A stretch of DNA of 32,075 nucleotides from Malassezia furfur. Lineage: Eukaryota. Below the pieces are notes generated by a model. The model searched no databases and was not told the origin of the DNA. It saw only the letters and a program-made list of their open reading frames with translations. The position numbers were made by a program, and so were the translations under genes. Of this stretch, positions 20,664 to 29,980 are shown piece after piece. Position 1 is the first letter of the stretch, and every line of letters begins with the position of its first letter. The stretch lies in NCBI GenBank assembly GCA_052055015.1, contig JBQJIT010000089.1. One strand, given 5' to 3'.

Positions 20664-22583
20664 ATGGTCGGACCAAGTGCGGGACTGCGGGTGTCGAGCG
20701 TCGTGTGTCGGCACGGCGTGTGGAAGACGCATGCGTCGGTGCCCCGGATCGCACGCGCTCCGAGCGTGCTACTGGCTACGCGCTCCTTCTCGCTATGGGG
20801 AAACAGCGGGAACAACGAAGAGGCGCGTATGACTGCCTGGGCGCAGGTGCAGGATGCCAGGGCCCACGCGGGCACCGGCGCCGAGACGCTTTCGCGCGAT
20901 GCTGCGCAGGCGGCCTCGGACGTACGTGAGGGTCTTGCGTCGACGGGTGCGTCGCTGCACGACAATGCGTCGTCCGCGAGTGCCTCGATGCAGGACACGC
21001 TTTCCTCGATGAGCTCTTCCGTGCAGAGCGGATGGGCGAATGCCAACGCGTCGCTGCAGCAGGGCATGGCGTCGGCCAAGCAGGGCTTTGAAAGTGCGAA
21101 GCATTCGCTGCAGGGCACCAACGCATCGATCGAGAACGGTCTGGCGCGCGCCGACGAGTCCCTCCAGTCGGGCTGGTCGACGGCCAGCCAAGCCGGCAAG
21201 GAGTATGCGGCGAGTGCAAGCGAGGCTGCGGCGTCGGCCAAGCAGTCGCTGCAGGGCGCAAACGCCTCGATTGAGAATGGACTGGCGCGCGCGAGCGAGT
21301 CCATCCAGTCGGGCTGGGCGAGCGCCACCAACGCCGGCAAGAACGCCGCTGCGGACGCCGGTGAAGCAACGCAGAAGCTCGCCGACACCGCGCGTGAGGG
21401 CAGCGCTGAGGCGGTGTCCGATGCGCAGGGTGCGCTTTCCTCGATTCAGGACCGTCTGGCGCACGCGAACCACGGCCACGGCAGTGGTATGCTGGCGTCC
21501 GAAAGCGAGGCGATTTCGCAAGCATCGCAGGAAGCTACCTCGGAGCTGGCCGCGCACGGCCTGGGCGGCTGGTCGCCGTCGGGCATTTTGCAGCACCTGC
21601 TCGACACGACGCAGTATTTGACGCACCTGCCGTGGTGGGCCACCATCATTCTGGTGACGTGCTTGATCCGTCTGTCGGTTGCACCGCTGCTGGTGTATGT
21701 GCAGGGCAACTCGATCCGCCTGTCCAACATCCAGCCGCAGATGCAAAACATGCTTAAGGACCTCGAGTACGCCAAGGCCACGGGCAACCAGCAAGAGATG
21801 CAGCGCGCTGCCGTGCAGGTGCGCAAGTTGCTTGCCGACAACAACTGCTCGCCCTTCCGTTCGCTGCTGCTGCCTGCGGTGCAGATGCCCATCTTCTTGT
21901 CGTTCTACTTTGCGCTGGATGGCATGGCCAAGGCCAAGCTCCCCGCGCTTGTTACGGGTGGCTTTGGCTGGGTGCCTGATCTGACGGTGGCTGACCCGTA
22001 CTACGTGCTGCCCATCACTTCGGCATTCATGACCCTGCTTGTGCTTGAGACCGGCGCCGAGACGGGCACCACCGCGATGAACCAGACCAAGCAAGCGCGC
22101 ATGGTCAAGAACCTGCTGCGTGGTGTCACGGTGCTGGCTGCATGGTTCGTGTCCAACTTCCCCGCGGCCGTTCTGCTGTACTGGACGACGACCAACACGT
22201 TCTCGCTGGTGCAGCTGCTGGTGCTGCGCACGCGCTTCATGAAGCGCCTGCTGAAGCTGCCGGAGCGCGTGCAGCACCCCGTGCAGCCACATGTCAAGCA
22301 GCAGTCGTTCATGGAGGGTCTGCGCTCGGGACTGGCCAGCGGCAATGCCCACCCCAACTCGGCAGCGTCCGCCCGCCGCCCGCCGCCCTCGAGCCTGTAC
22401 CGCCGCGGCGGGGAGCGCCCCGTCGAGGCCGACACGCGCAACCGTGCCCTGGACAGCATGCTCTCGTCCAAGCCTGGCAGTGAGAAGTCTGCATCCGCCG
22501 CCGCTGCCGGCGACGACGCCAGTGCTGAGAAGCAGTCGCGCATCGCGGCCGCCCGCGAGCGCCGCCTGCGCCAGCGGAATTAG
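20664..22583 (+). CDS. OXA1: Mitochondrial inner-membrane insertase Oxa1 (YidC/Oxa1/Alb3 family) with a repeat-rich N-terminal insertion
   Basis: Arg-rich presequence ending RSFSLW, then GLGGWSPSG...HLPWWATI...IRL...VQMPIFLSFYFAL...GGFGWVPDLTVADPYYVLP...LLYWTTTN, and a basic C-terminal tail. Intronless. Confidence 0.93.
   Translation: MVGPSAGLRVSSVVCRHGVWKTHASVPRIARAPSVLLATRSFSLWGNSGNNEEARMTAWAQVQDARAHAGTGAETLSRDAAQAASDVREGLASTGASLHDNASSASASMQDTLSSMSSSVQSGWANANASLQQGMASAKQGFESAKHSLQGTNASIENGLARADESLQSGWSTASQAGKEYAASASEAAASAKQSLQGANASIENGLARASESIQSGWASATNAGKNAAADAGEATQKLADTAREGSAEAVSDAQGALSSIQDRLAHANHGHGSGMLASESEAISQASQEATSELAAHGLGGWSPSGILQHLLDTTQYLTHLPWWATIILVTCLIRLSVAPLLVYVQGNSIRLSNIQPQMQNMLKDLEYAKATGNQQEMQRAAVQVRKLLADNNCSPFRSLLLPAVQMPIFLSFYFALDGMAKAKLPALVTGGFGWVPDLTVADPYYVLPITSAFMTLLVLETGAETGTTAMNQTKQARMVKNLLRGVTVLAAWFVSNFPAAVLLYWTTTNTFSLVQLLVLRTRFMKRLLKLPERVQHPVQPHVKQQSFMEGLRSGLASGNAHPNSAASARRPPPSSLYRRGGERPVEADTRNRALDSMLSSKPGSEKSASAAAAGDDASAEKQSRIAAARERRLRQRN
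21093..21370 (+). repeat. Degenerate 141-nt (47-aa) tandem duplication within OXA1
   Basis: SAKHSLQGTNASIENGLARADESLQSGWSTASQAGK and SAKQSLQGANASIENGLARASESIQSGWASATNAGK; the anchor tcgctgcagggc occurs at 21105 and 21246. Confidence 0.9.
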
Positions 22584-22655
22584 AGGGGCGCCCGCCCCGC
22601 CGTAGTGGCCCACATTCTTAGTCAGCACACCCTGCCAGGGACGACGACGCTCGGC

Positions 22656-24947
22656 ATGGCGGCGTCCGACACGGCATCCCCCCGCGCGGCGACGCGCGCA
22701 GAGGCACGCGCGCCTGCGCCAGGCACCACGCGTGCGGGGATGGAAACGTTGCGTGCCACCGCGCTCGCGTGGGTGCGTCGTGCCGTCTCGGCGCTGCTGG
22801 CACCATCCAACGGCGCCAACATGCGCGCACGGCGCTCCGCGGGTGCAGACACAGACGCCGCGCAGCGTGCCTACGAGACCGCCTGTGCCACTGACGATGG
22901 TGCGATGGCATTTGCTGAAAAGTTTAAATACATCGTCGCGACCTCGTTCCTGCTCACGCCGACACTGTCCATCTCGATGTACGGCACCGATGCGCCTCCC
23001 GCGCCGACGCACGCGCGGCGCGCGCCGGTGGTCGAGGAGCAAGGACGCTACGAAGAGACTGCTCGTATTTCTGGCACGCCGCCGCTTGCACTGCTCGTGG
23101 TGGCTGCCGGCGTCACCTTGCTGTGTGGGGCCGTGCAGTGTGAACCATTGCTGCGTACCTACGTTCCACTGCATGGATTTTTGCTCGCGGTGACCATCGG
23201 CACCGTGGAGCTGGTACGCCTAGTTCTACTGCACTCCGCCGAGCCGTCGTTTCTGGAGAACATCTTGGGCCCACGGACGGTGGCATGCACCCTGTCACGG
23301 GCGCCAGATACGATGCGCCCGCGCTACCTCGCAACGGGGGTGCCAGTCCCGACGTGGATCGCTGACGAGCGCATGCGAATCCAGACGCAGGCGGTGCGTC
23401 TCGTTACCGAGCTCGTGCGCAGCGCGCACGCCATGGACCGCAGCCTGAACGCGGCGCTCGCCGCGGTGCAAGAGGTGGAGGTCGTCGCGCGGGGGCTGAG
23501 CCTCTCGACGCCGCTGCCGCCCATTTCGCGCCTCGAGGACACGGTGCTCGAGAGTGATGGCGGGATGTCTGGCACCATGTCCGCGCCTATTGAGCCGCGC
23601 GGTGTATACCGCCAGCGGCTGACGCCGCTCCGCAAGGCGTTCTCGGAGCACGTCGAGCAGGTGCGCTTCCACTGCCTCGCGGCACAGCGCCGCCTTGCAC
23701 CGCTTGTGCACGCCGACGAACTGGAGCAGTCACTGCGGTGCATCACGCCGCAGCGCGTCATGTCGCCGACGCACACACCGCTCGAGCGTGCGCCGTCTGG
23801 CAGCGCGCTGACGCCGCGGTCGTTTGCGCTGGCGTCGTCGCTACTGACGCCGCCGCGCAAAGGCATGTACCTGCCACCCGTATCGCCCGTGCCACGACGC
23901 ACACACGGCGCCAAGGCCACGCCCACCGAGCTGGGCAGCGCCCCGGACAGCGACGCGACCGACGGCGCGCACAGTTCCGCCGACGAGGCCGACGATGTGC
24001 GCCTGCGCGTGCGCCCACCACGTGCCGACCGTCTGGCACTGTCGTTGCTGCGCGCGCGCTTTGAGCACATGCACGTCGCGCGCGCTGCGCTGCTATACCA
24101 CTTTCTTGCGCTCGACTTTTCGCTGCGCGCCCCGCGGGACGATCCACGCGGCTGGCTCCACGGGTACTGGGACGAGGCGGTGTTGCGTGAGCTGGCGGAT
24201 TTGGCAGAGCTGTTTGGTATGACGGCTGCGCGCATGGGCGCCCAGCTGCAGACGGCGATTGGCCTGCCGCTCGACGCGGAGCCGCCGGCGCTGTCGCTAC
24301 ACAAGCACCTCGGCCTTGCGGATCGCATGACCGAGATGGGCCGCATGCTGCGCACGATCCAGTGCAAGCTGCATGTCTGCAGCGAGGAGTTGAGTTTGCC
24401 GCCCGTGACGCTGCACGGCACGCCCAGTGCGCCGCCACCGCCGTCATCGTCGGTCGAAGCGATGTTCAACAGCATGCGAAACGACTTGCTTGCGCTGTCG
24501 AGCGAGTGGGAGGCCGGTCAGCGCATTGTGCAGGCCGCACTGCACCCCGCGCTGCCCCCGCAGCGGACGCCAAGTCCGCCGCACACTACGATACCCGATG
24601 CGGCCCAAGCCGCTGCGTCGCAGCGTTCGCCTCCGGCATCGCCGCCTGCGGCGGCCGCCTCCGATACATCTGTCGAGCTGGGCGCCGATGTGCCGCGCGA
24701 CGCGCTCTCTACGTTGCTGCTTGACACGGCCGACGCGCAGCACCTGCCGCCGCCCGGTGTGGAGGAGGTGTTTGAGGGGGAAACGCACGTCGCGCCGCGC
24801 GCGACACTGTCGCGTGCCGAGCGCATCGCACGCATGCACGAGCGACGGCAGCAGGCGGCGCCCGCGTCGCCGCCGCGCCCACTCGCGATGGTCTCGGAGC
24901 TAAAAGGCGTGCTGGCGCACCGGCACGCCGTCCCCCGTAGCCCCTAG
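22656..24947 (+). CDS. Vezatin-like (fungal VezA-type, myosin-binding domain) membrane protein
   Basis: FAEKFKYIVATSFLL, two hydrophobic segments, ALAAVQEVEVVARGLSLSTPLPPISRLE, C-terminal EEVFEG...LSRAERIARM...MVSELKGVL, recognised as the fungal vezatin-like pattern. First ATG 22656. Confidence 0.72.
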   Translation: MAASDTASPRAATRAEARAPAPGTTRAGMETLRATALAWVRRAVSALLAPSNGANMRARRSAGADTDAAQRAYETACATDDGAMAFAEKFKYIVATSFLLTPTLSISMYGTDAPPAPTHARRAPVVEEQGRYEETARISGTPPLALLVVAAGVTLLCGAVQCEPLLRTYVPLHGFLLAVTIGTVELVRLVLLHSAEPSFLENILGPRTVACTLSRAPDTMRPRYLATGVPVPTWIADERMRIQTQAVRLVTELVRSAHAMDRSLNAALAAVQEVEVVARGLSLSTPLPPISRLEDTVLESDGGMSGTMSAPIEPRGVYRQRLTPLRKAFSEHVEQVRFHCLAAQRRLAPLVHADELEQSLRCITPQRVMSPTHTPLERAPSGSALTPRSFALASSLLTPPRKGMYLPPVSPVPRRTHGAKATPTELGSAPDSDATDGAHSSADEADDVRLRVRPPRADRLALSLLRARFEHMHVARAALLYHFLALDFSLRAPRDDPRGWLHGYWDEAVLRELADLAELFGMTAARMGAQLQTAIGLPLDAEPPALSLHKHLGLADRMTEMGRMLRTIQCKLHVCSEELSLPPVTLHGTPSAPPPPSSSVEAMFNSMRNDLLALSSEWEAGQRIVQAALHPALPPQRTPSPPHTTIPDAAQAAASQRSPPASPPAAAASDTSVELGADVPRDALSTLLLDTADAQHLPPPGVEEVFEGETHVAPRATLSRAERIARMHERRQQAAPASPPRPLAMVSELKGVLAHRHAVPRSP

Positions 24948-24983
24948 TTGCCACGTGGCTTTGCCTACGACGCGCGCGACGGC

Positions 24984-27393
24984 ATGAGCGCACACGCAGC
25001 GAGCGCGGTTGCGCCCGTGCGGCGCGCCGACGACCCCGCGGCGCGGTCCGTGGCGCCTGCACGCGCCCCGCTGGAGCGTACGTGGCACCCACTCACCCGC
25101 AGCGCTGTATTTGGAGCCGGGCCCGCTAAACCGCCTATATCTCTCGGTAAGCTCGGGGATTCCGTCGCAGGTCGCCTGGGCGCTCGCGCGCCTCGCGCTG
25201 TACACGCAGCAGCTGGGCGACCGCTTCCAACTGGCCGACTACCCTGGGCTGGATGAGGCGCTTGTGCGCCTTGTGCGCCGCCTGACGCTCGCGCTGCAAG
25301 GGGCGCCGCGCGCCGACTGGGACGAGGACGTGCCCGACGTGACTGCGAGCAACCTGCGCATCGATCAAGGCATCGGTGCCCCCGGCGAGAACGGCGGGAT
25401 GGACCTCGCCCAAACGCATGTCGCGTTTGCGCGCATGCGTGTGCCCGAAACGCCGCCCGCGTCGTTCGCGCCGCAGCAGGTTGCACGCGACGCAACATTG
25501 TTCCAGCACGCGGCGGGCGCCGTCCTCGTTTTGCGCAACGTGGTCCTGAGCACTGCGAATGCCGCCCAGCTTACTGTGGTGCCTGGCGTGCTGCAGGTCG
25601 TCTACGAACTAGCGCATGCGACGATCGAGGCGCCCGCAGCGCTCCGGGGGGGCGCGTGGGCAGACGTACGCGGCAATGCGCTCGACATTCTCGAGGCAGT
25701 CGCGCCGCGCATCGTGCTGAGCGAGTGGGTGCGTACCACCTACGGCCAGCGCGTGCCGCCCGTGGCGCGCACCGCGCCGACGCGCACCGAGGACCAGGTG
25801 TTTGCGCTGCTACACACCCTCCTGCACACCACGCGCGACCGTGCGCTGCTGTTGGCGAGCTTGCGGTGCCTGCGCGCGATCGCAATGAACGAGGCCAACG
25901 TGCCGCAGCTTGTTGACGCCACGCCGCAGCTCGAGCCGACGCAGCTCGGGCTCACGGCGCGGTGTGTTGCGCTGCTGCCTCTCACGCAGGACCCAGAGCT
26001 GCTCGAGGCGGCGGTCGATCTGTTGTACCAGATCGCGGCGACGGGCGAGAATGCGCTGCTCCTCGGCACGCTCATGCTCGCCGACGTGTGCGACGTGGGC
26101 TACGGCGCGGGCCTTGCGCGCCGTGCGCTGCACGAGGCGGAGCCGCCGGCCGACGCGCCCACCGACACCTCGCTGGCGCGTGCGGTTGTGGCGTACCTCG
26201 CGCGCAACGTCGACCTCGGCAAGACAGTGTGGGAGCGCGACTCAGCGATGAGCGCCAACACGAGCGCTGCGTGGGCGCCCCACGTCCCGAGCGCTGCGCG
26301 GACACGCCGCGAGCGCGAGCGCGAGCGGCGCTTGCGCAAGGAGCACGCCACGCCGCAGGAACGGGCCAAGTGGAAGGAGCTGACGCGCGACGAGCTCGAG
26401 CGGCTCCGGCGGCTGGATGAGCCAATGCGCGGCATTGAATGGTGCGTGTGCGACTGACACAGGATGCAGCTGCTGTTTGAGCGCGACCCCCATGGTGAGG
26501 TGACGCAGATGGAGTTCTGGATCGCGTACCGGGACCAGTTTACGCCGATCGCGGCCGAGGGCGGCGTCGCGCTGCAGCCTGCGGCGAACCTCATCCGCAA
26601 CGTGTCGCAGACCTTCCCGGGGGCCGCCGCCGTGGTCATCCCGTCGACGATGGGCGCGCAGCCGCGCTTCATCATCCGCGGCATCTCGGTGCGCGACCGT
26701 AGTACCCCGCGCATCGAGTGCGCGTGGGAGGCGTGCCCGGCGCCGCACGTCGGCGACTGGGACGCCGTGCGCGAGCACCTTGCCGTGCATGCCCAGGCGG
26801 CGCGCGACGGGCAGTGCCGCTGGCGCTCGTGTGCGTACGCCATCGATCCACGCGACCCACACCGTGCTGCGCGGCTGTACGCGCACGCGCTAACACACAC
26901 GCCGCGCGACACGCCGGTCCACACCGCGCAGCCAGCCGAGGGCACACAGGAGAACCCGGGCGTGATTACGTTTACCGTCGAGCGCACGCCGTCGGTGCCC
27001 AACGCGACGCCGGGCGAGGCGCCGCTGCCGTGCGGCGTCGCATTCCTCTCGGCGCTCGTACTGCGCTTTGTGGCGCGCGCAGCGCACAACGTGCTCAAAA
27101 GTGCGGGGCAGGGGTGCCCGCCACAGACGTACGGCGGTGCACAGGCGGCCACCGCGCAGCCGGGCGACCGCGACGAGCGGTTCGGGTGCCCGGTGCCGCG
27201 CTCCGTGCAGGACGCCATGCAGGACGCCGCACAGCAGGCATCGGCGCTCACGCCGCGGCACATGGCCGCTGCGACAACGGTCATGGAGGCCCTGGCGCTC
27301 GCAGAAGAGGGTATGGTACAAAGCTCGTTGCGGAACGACATCCTATGTCGTCTACTCAACGATATTCTCGTGGCCATCCGACCCGTAGCGTAG
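24984..27393 (+). CDS. RSC9: RSC chromatin-remodelling complex subunit Rsc9-like (armadillo region, RFX-like winged helix, C2H2 fingers)
   Basis: EPGPLNRLYLSVSSGIPSQVAWALARL, WMQLLFERDPHGEVTQMEFWIAYRDQF...AANLIRNVSQTFPGA...RFIIRGI, CAWEAC...HLAVH, CRWRSC...HALTH. Introns 25078-25102 (25) and 26442-26462 (21). Confidence 0.83.
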
Positions 27394-27571
27394 TGTCTCG
27401 AGAATGTAACGATATGCTGGGTGTGAGTCAGCTCGCGGGGAAGAGGGACCATCAGGGAAGAAGGTGTCTATCATGAAGATCGGTAGTCTAACATATGTGA
27501 CTCGCCGAAGCGAAAGCATCCTCTGGTCCCATGCATACGTACCGTGTGACGAGGTGTGTCCGTGTGCGCTG

Positions 27572-29980
27572 TTACGGCGTCGGCGCCGGTGGGGGGGCGT
27601 CGGTCGTGGCGGCAGGGGGTTCCTTCGCCTCGGGCTCCTTTGCCGCGGGTTCCTTTGCCGCGGGGTCCTTCGCCTCGGGGTCCTTCGCCGCGGGGTCCTT
27701 CGCAGCCGAGTCCTCCTCTGGTTCCTTGCTCACGTCGTGCTCGGTCGCGCTGCCATTCGCCGCACCAGGCGCATCCGCACACGCCGCGGCGTCTTTGGGC
27801 ACCGATTTGAACACGTGCCGCTGGACAATCCCCTCGCAGTGTGCCAGCTCGTCCATGAGCTCCTGTTGCACGTGCTGGAACGTGTGCACATACTCGGCGA
27901 GTGCTGCCCGCAGATCCGCCACCTTTTCGCGCTCGAACCGGAGCATCTCCTTCTTGCACAGCGCCGAAACGTCCTCGAATCGGTTCTGCAGCGAGGCGCT
28001 GGCCAGCTCGGCATTCGACAGGGCACGCATCTGCGCATCGATGTGGCCAGTGGCCGTGCGCCTGTGCCGTGCCTTGAGCTTGGCAAGGTCATCGTCCGCG
28101 CGCTGCCACGCGTGCCATACGTCAATGCGCGTCGCAAATGCCTTGCGTACGCTGCCAATCAGCCGCTCGTACTCGTAGAAAACGAGCTGGAGGACGTGCG
28201 ACTCGTGCGACGCCAGGCGCGTCGATGCCTCGGCGCTGCGTTTCTTGAGCTCAGCGAGCGCGCCAAAGCACGTCGACACGCTTCTCGACAGTGCCCCGCC
28301 AGACAGGGTGACGAGGTGCTTGTACAGCACGGTCTGTGCCTCGGCAAGCTCGTGTCGCCGTTGGGCAAGCGTATGGATCGCGGCAACAATGTCGCGCAGG
28401 CGCGCCTCGAGCTGCGCAAGGTACTCGAGCTGCTGGTTGAACCACTCGTCCGTTTCGTGGAAGCGTACATTGTACAACGACTGGCTCCACCCGAGGTAGG
28501 TCTTCTGCTCGGGTGTCACAACCGCGCCCTTGACTGCGTCGCGCGCCTTGATATCGGCCGCGAGGTGCGCGCTTTTCAGGAAGAGCACGAGGTCTTCGTC
28601 CTTCTGTAACAGTGGGTGCTCCAGCATCTTTTGCAGTGCCTGTTCCAGGGCACGCCGGCGGAACTCGACCAGGTCGGGCTTCATGTTGTTCAACTTGACC
28701 TTTTCGGGGATCGGCGGGACCACCACGCCGGGGTGGTTGTGGACTAGCGCCGCGTGCAGCCAGCGGAACTCGCTGTAGCGCCGTAGTGCCGACCACTCCG
28801 CTGGGCCGCCGAGCCATGGCGCATCGGAAGCCACCCGCACGGTGTATACGACGTGCGACGAGACGCGGTCGCTGATCCGCTGCGGGTTACATACGCGCAC
28901 AGAAAACGTCGCATGCGGTGCATCTGCGTCGCGCGGCGGCACAGTGGCCGCGGGGGTATCAGTGGGCGAGCGGACGCCGTAGCGCGCCGCGTCGTCGTCC
29001 GGCGTGGCCGGTGCGTCGGCAGGCGCATCGGCAGGCGAGTTGTTTGCGCCCTTTGGCGGCGGCGGAGGGCCACGCTTGGCCAGGTACTCCCGCCACCACG
29101 TCGCAAACGCAACACACTCCATCGGCAGGCCGAGCGCGACCGACGCCTGGGTATCGAGCTGGCAGTTGCCCGGCCGCTGCGTCGCCGCGTTGGGGTCTGG
29201 CGTGCGCTCGGGCACGAGGTGGTCCGTCACAACCTTTACTCCAGAAGCCGCCTCCCATGCGGCGGCCATGGTCAGGCACATGTCGTACTTGGTCATGGCC
29301 TCGGCCGCAGAAAAGTGCAGGATGGGCGGCAGTGGTCCCTGGTCGTATGCACACACAGCGAGCAGGAAACGCGCAACATCTGCCACGTTCGTAGGGAACC
29401 GCACGCCGTGGGCGTCCATCTTGGCCGGCGCCGTCTGCTGCAGGGCGCCGAGCAGTACATTCACAGCCGACTCCCCGTCGTATTCTGTGTCGCCGTACAG
29501 CACCGGCACACGCACACACGTCGCCTGCCCGGGCTGGGAGGCAGCCGCGATCGCTTTCTCCGCATCGAGCTTGCTCTGCCCGTACGCATTGAGGGGGTGC
29601 GGCGCATCGTCCGGCCGATAGGGCGGGTGCGCCCCATCGAAAACATAGTCGGTCGAGAGATGCACAAGGCGTGCAGGACGCTCGAGAGTCGCACACGCCG
29701 CAACCAGCTGCGAAGGCACATCGACATTGAGCCGGCGCGCCTCGTCGGGGTGTGCCTCCATTGCATCCGGCCGGCGCTCGGCGGCGGTGTGGATCACTGC
29801 GTCCGGCTGGACATCGGCGAGCAGCGCACGCACCGCGTCCGCGTCGCACAGGTCGAGCTTGCGAAGCGCCCCATGCGCACGCGAATATGCCACGCCCACG
29901 ACCTCATCGCCGCGGGCCTCGGCCGCCGCGACAACGGCGCGGCCCAGGAGCCCCGAGGCGCCCGTGACCAGCACACGCAT
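27572..29980 (-). CDS. VPS5: Fusion protein: N-terminal MAT2B/RmlD-like extended SDR plus PX and BAR domains of a Vps5/SNX1-type sorting nexin
   Basis: One 802-aa ORF. SDR part: VLVTGASGLLG, HTAAERRPD, STDYVFDG, PLNAYGQSKLDAE (YxxxK), RFPTNVADVA, RPGNCQLD. PX part: HVVYTV...RRYSEFRWLHAAL...PGVVVPPIPEK...VEFRRRALE. BAR part: ETDEWF...YERLIGSVRKAF...RFEREKVADL. Confidence 0.9.
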   Translation of the reverse strand: MRVLVTGASGLLGRAVVAAAEARGDEVVGVAYSRAHGALRKLDLCDADAVRALLADVQPDAVIHTAAERRPDAMEAHPDEARRLNVDVPSQLVAACATLERPARLVHLSTDYVFDGAHPPYRPDDAPHPLNAYGQSKLDAEKAIAAASQPGQATCVRVPVLYGDTEYDGESAVNVLLGALQQTAPAKMDAHGVRFPTNVADVARFLLAVCAYDQGPLPPILHFSAAEAMTKYDMCLTMAAAWEAASGVKVVTDHLVPERTPDPNAATQRPGNCQLDTQASVALGLPMECVAFATWWREYLAKRGPPPPPKGANNSPADAPADAPATPDDDAARYGVRSPTDTPAATVPPRDADAPHATFSVRVCNPQRISDRVSSHVVYTVRVASDAPWLGGPAEWSALRRYSEFRWLHAALVHNHPGVVVPPIPEKVKLNNMKPDLVEFRRRALEQALQKMLEHPLLQKDEDLVLFLKSAHLAADIKARDAVKGAVVTPEQKTYLGWSQSLYNVRFHETDEWFNQQLEYLAQLEARLRDIVAAIHTLAQRRHELAEAQTVLYKHLVTLSGGALSRSVSTCFGALAELKKRSAEASTRLASHESHVLQLVFYEYERLIGSVRKAFATRIDVWHAWQRADDDLAKLKARHRRTATGHIDAQMRALSNAELASASLQNRFEDVSALCKKEMLRFEREKVADLRAALAEYVHTFQHVQQELMDELAHCEGIVQRHVFKSVPKDAAACADAPGAANGSATEHDVSKEPEEDSAAKDPAAKDPEAKDPAAKEPAAKEPEAKEPPAATTDAPPPAPTP
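27618..27707 (-). repeat. Coding minisatellite, 6 x 15 nt, encoding (A/E)AK(D/E)P pentapeptides in the Vps5 C-tail
   Basis: Plus-strand units: ggttccttcgcctcg, ggctcctttgccgcg, ggttcctttgccgcg, gggtccttcgcctcg, gggtccttcgccgcg, gggtccttcgcagcc. Confidence 0.95.

Noticed and set aside
20793..23174. 793-aa minus-strand ORF, and similar long antisense ORFs such as 992-2383, 26100-27452, 23324-24475 and 28853-30007
   Set aside because: These are shadows of GC-rich genes on the opposite strand, with no recognisable motifs; high GC3 suppresses stop codons.
9832..24947. Functional clustering of dynactin p24-like and vezatin-like genes (both dynein-related)
   Set aside because: They are 12 kb and eight unrelated genes apart, and both calls are moderate confidence; chance is a sufficient explanation.
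27618..27707. Repeat array considered as CRISPR-like or telomeric
   Set aside because: The units are contiguous with no spacers, are in frame within a CDS, and do not match TTAGGG-type repeats; the context is eukaryotic.
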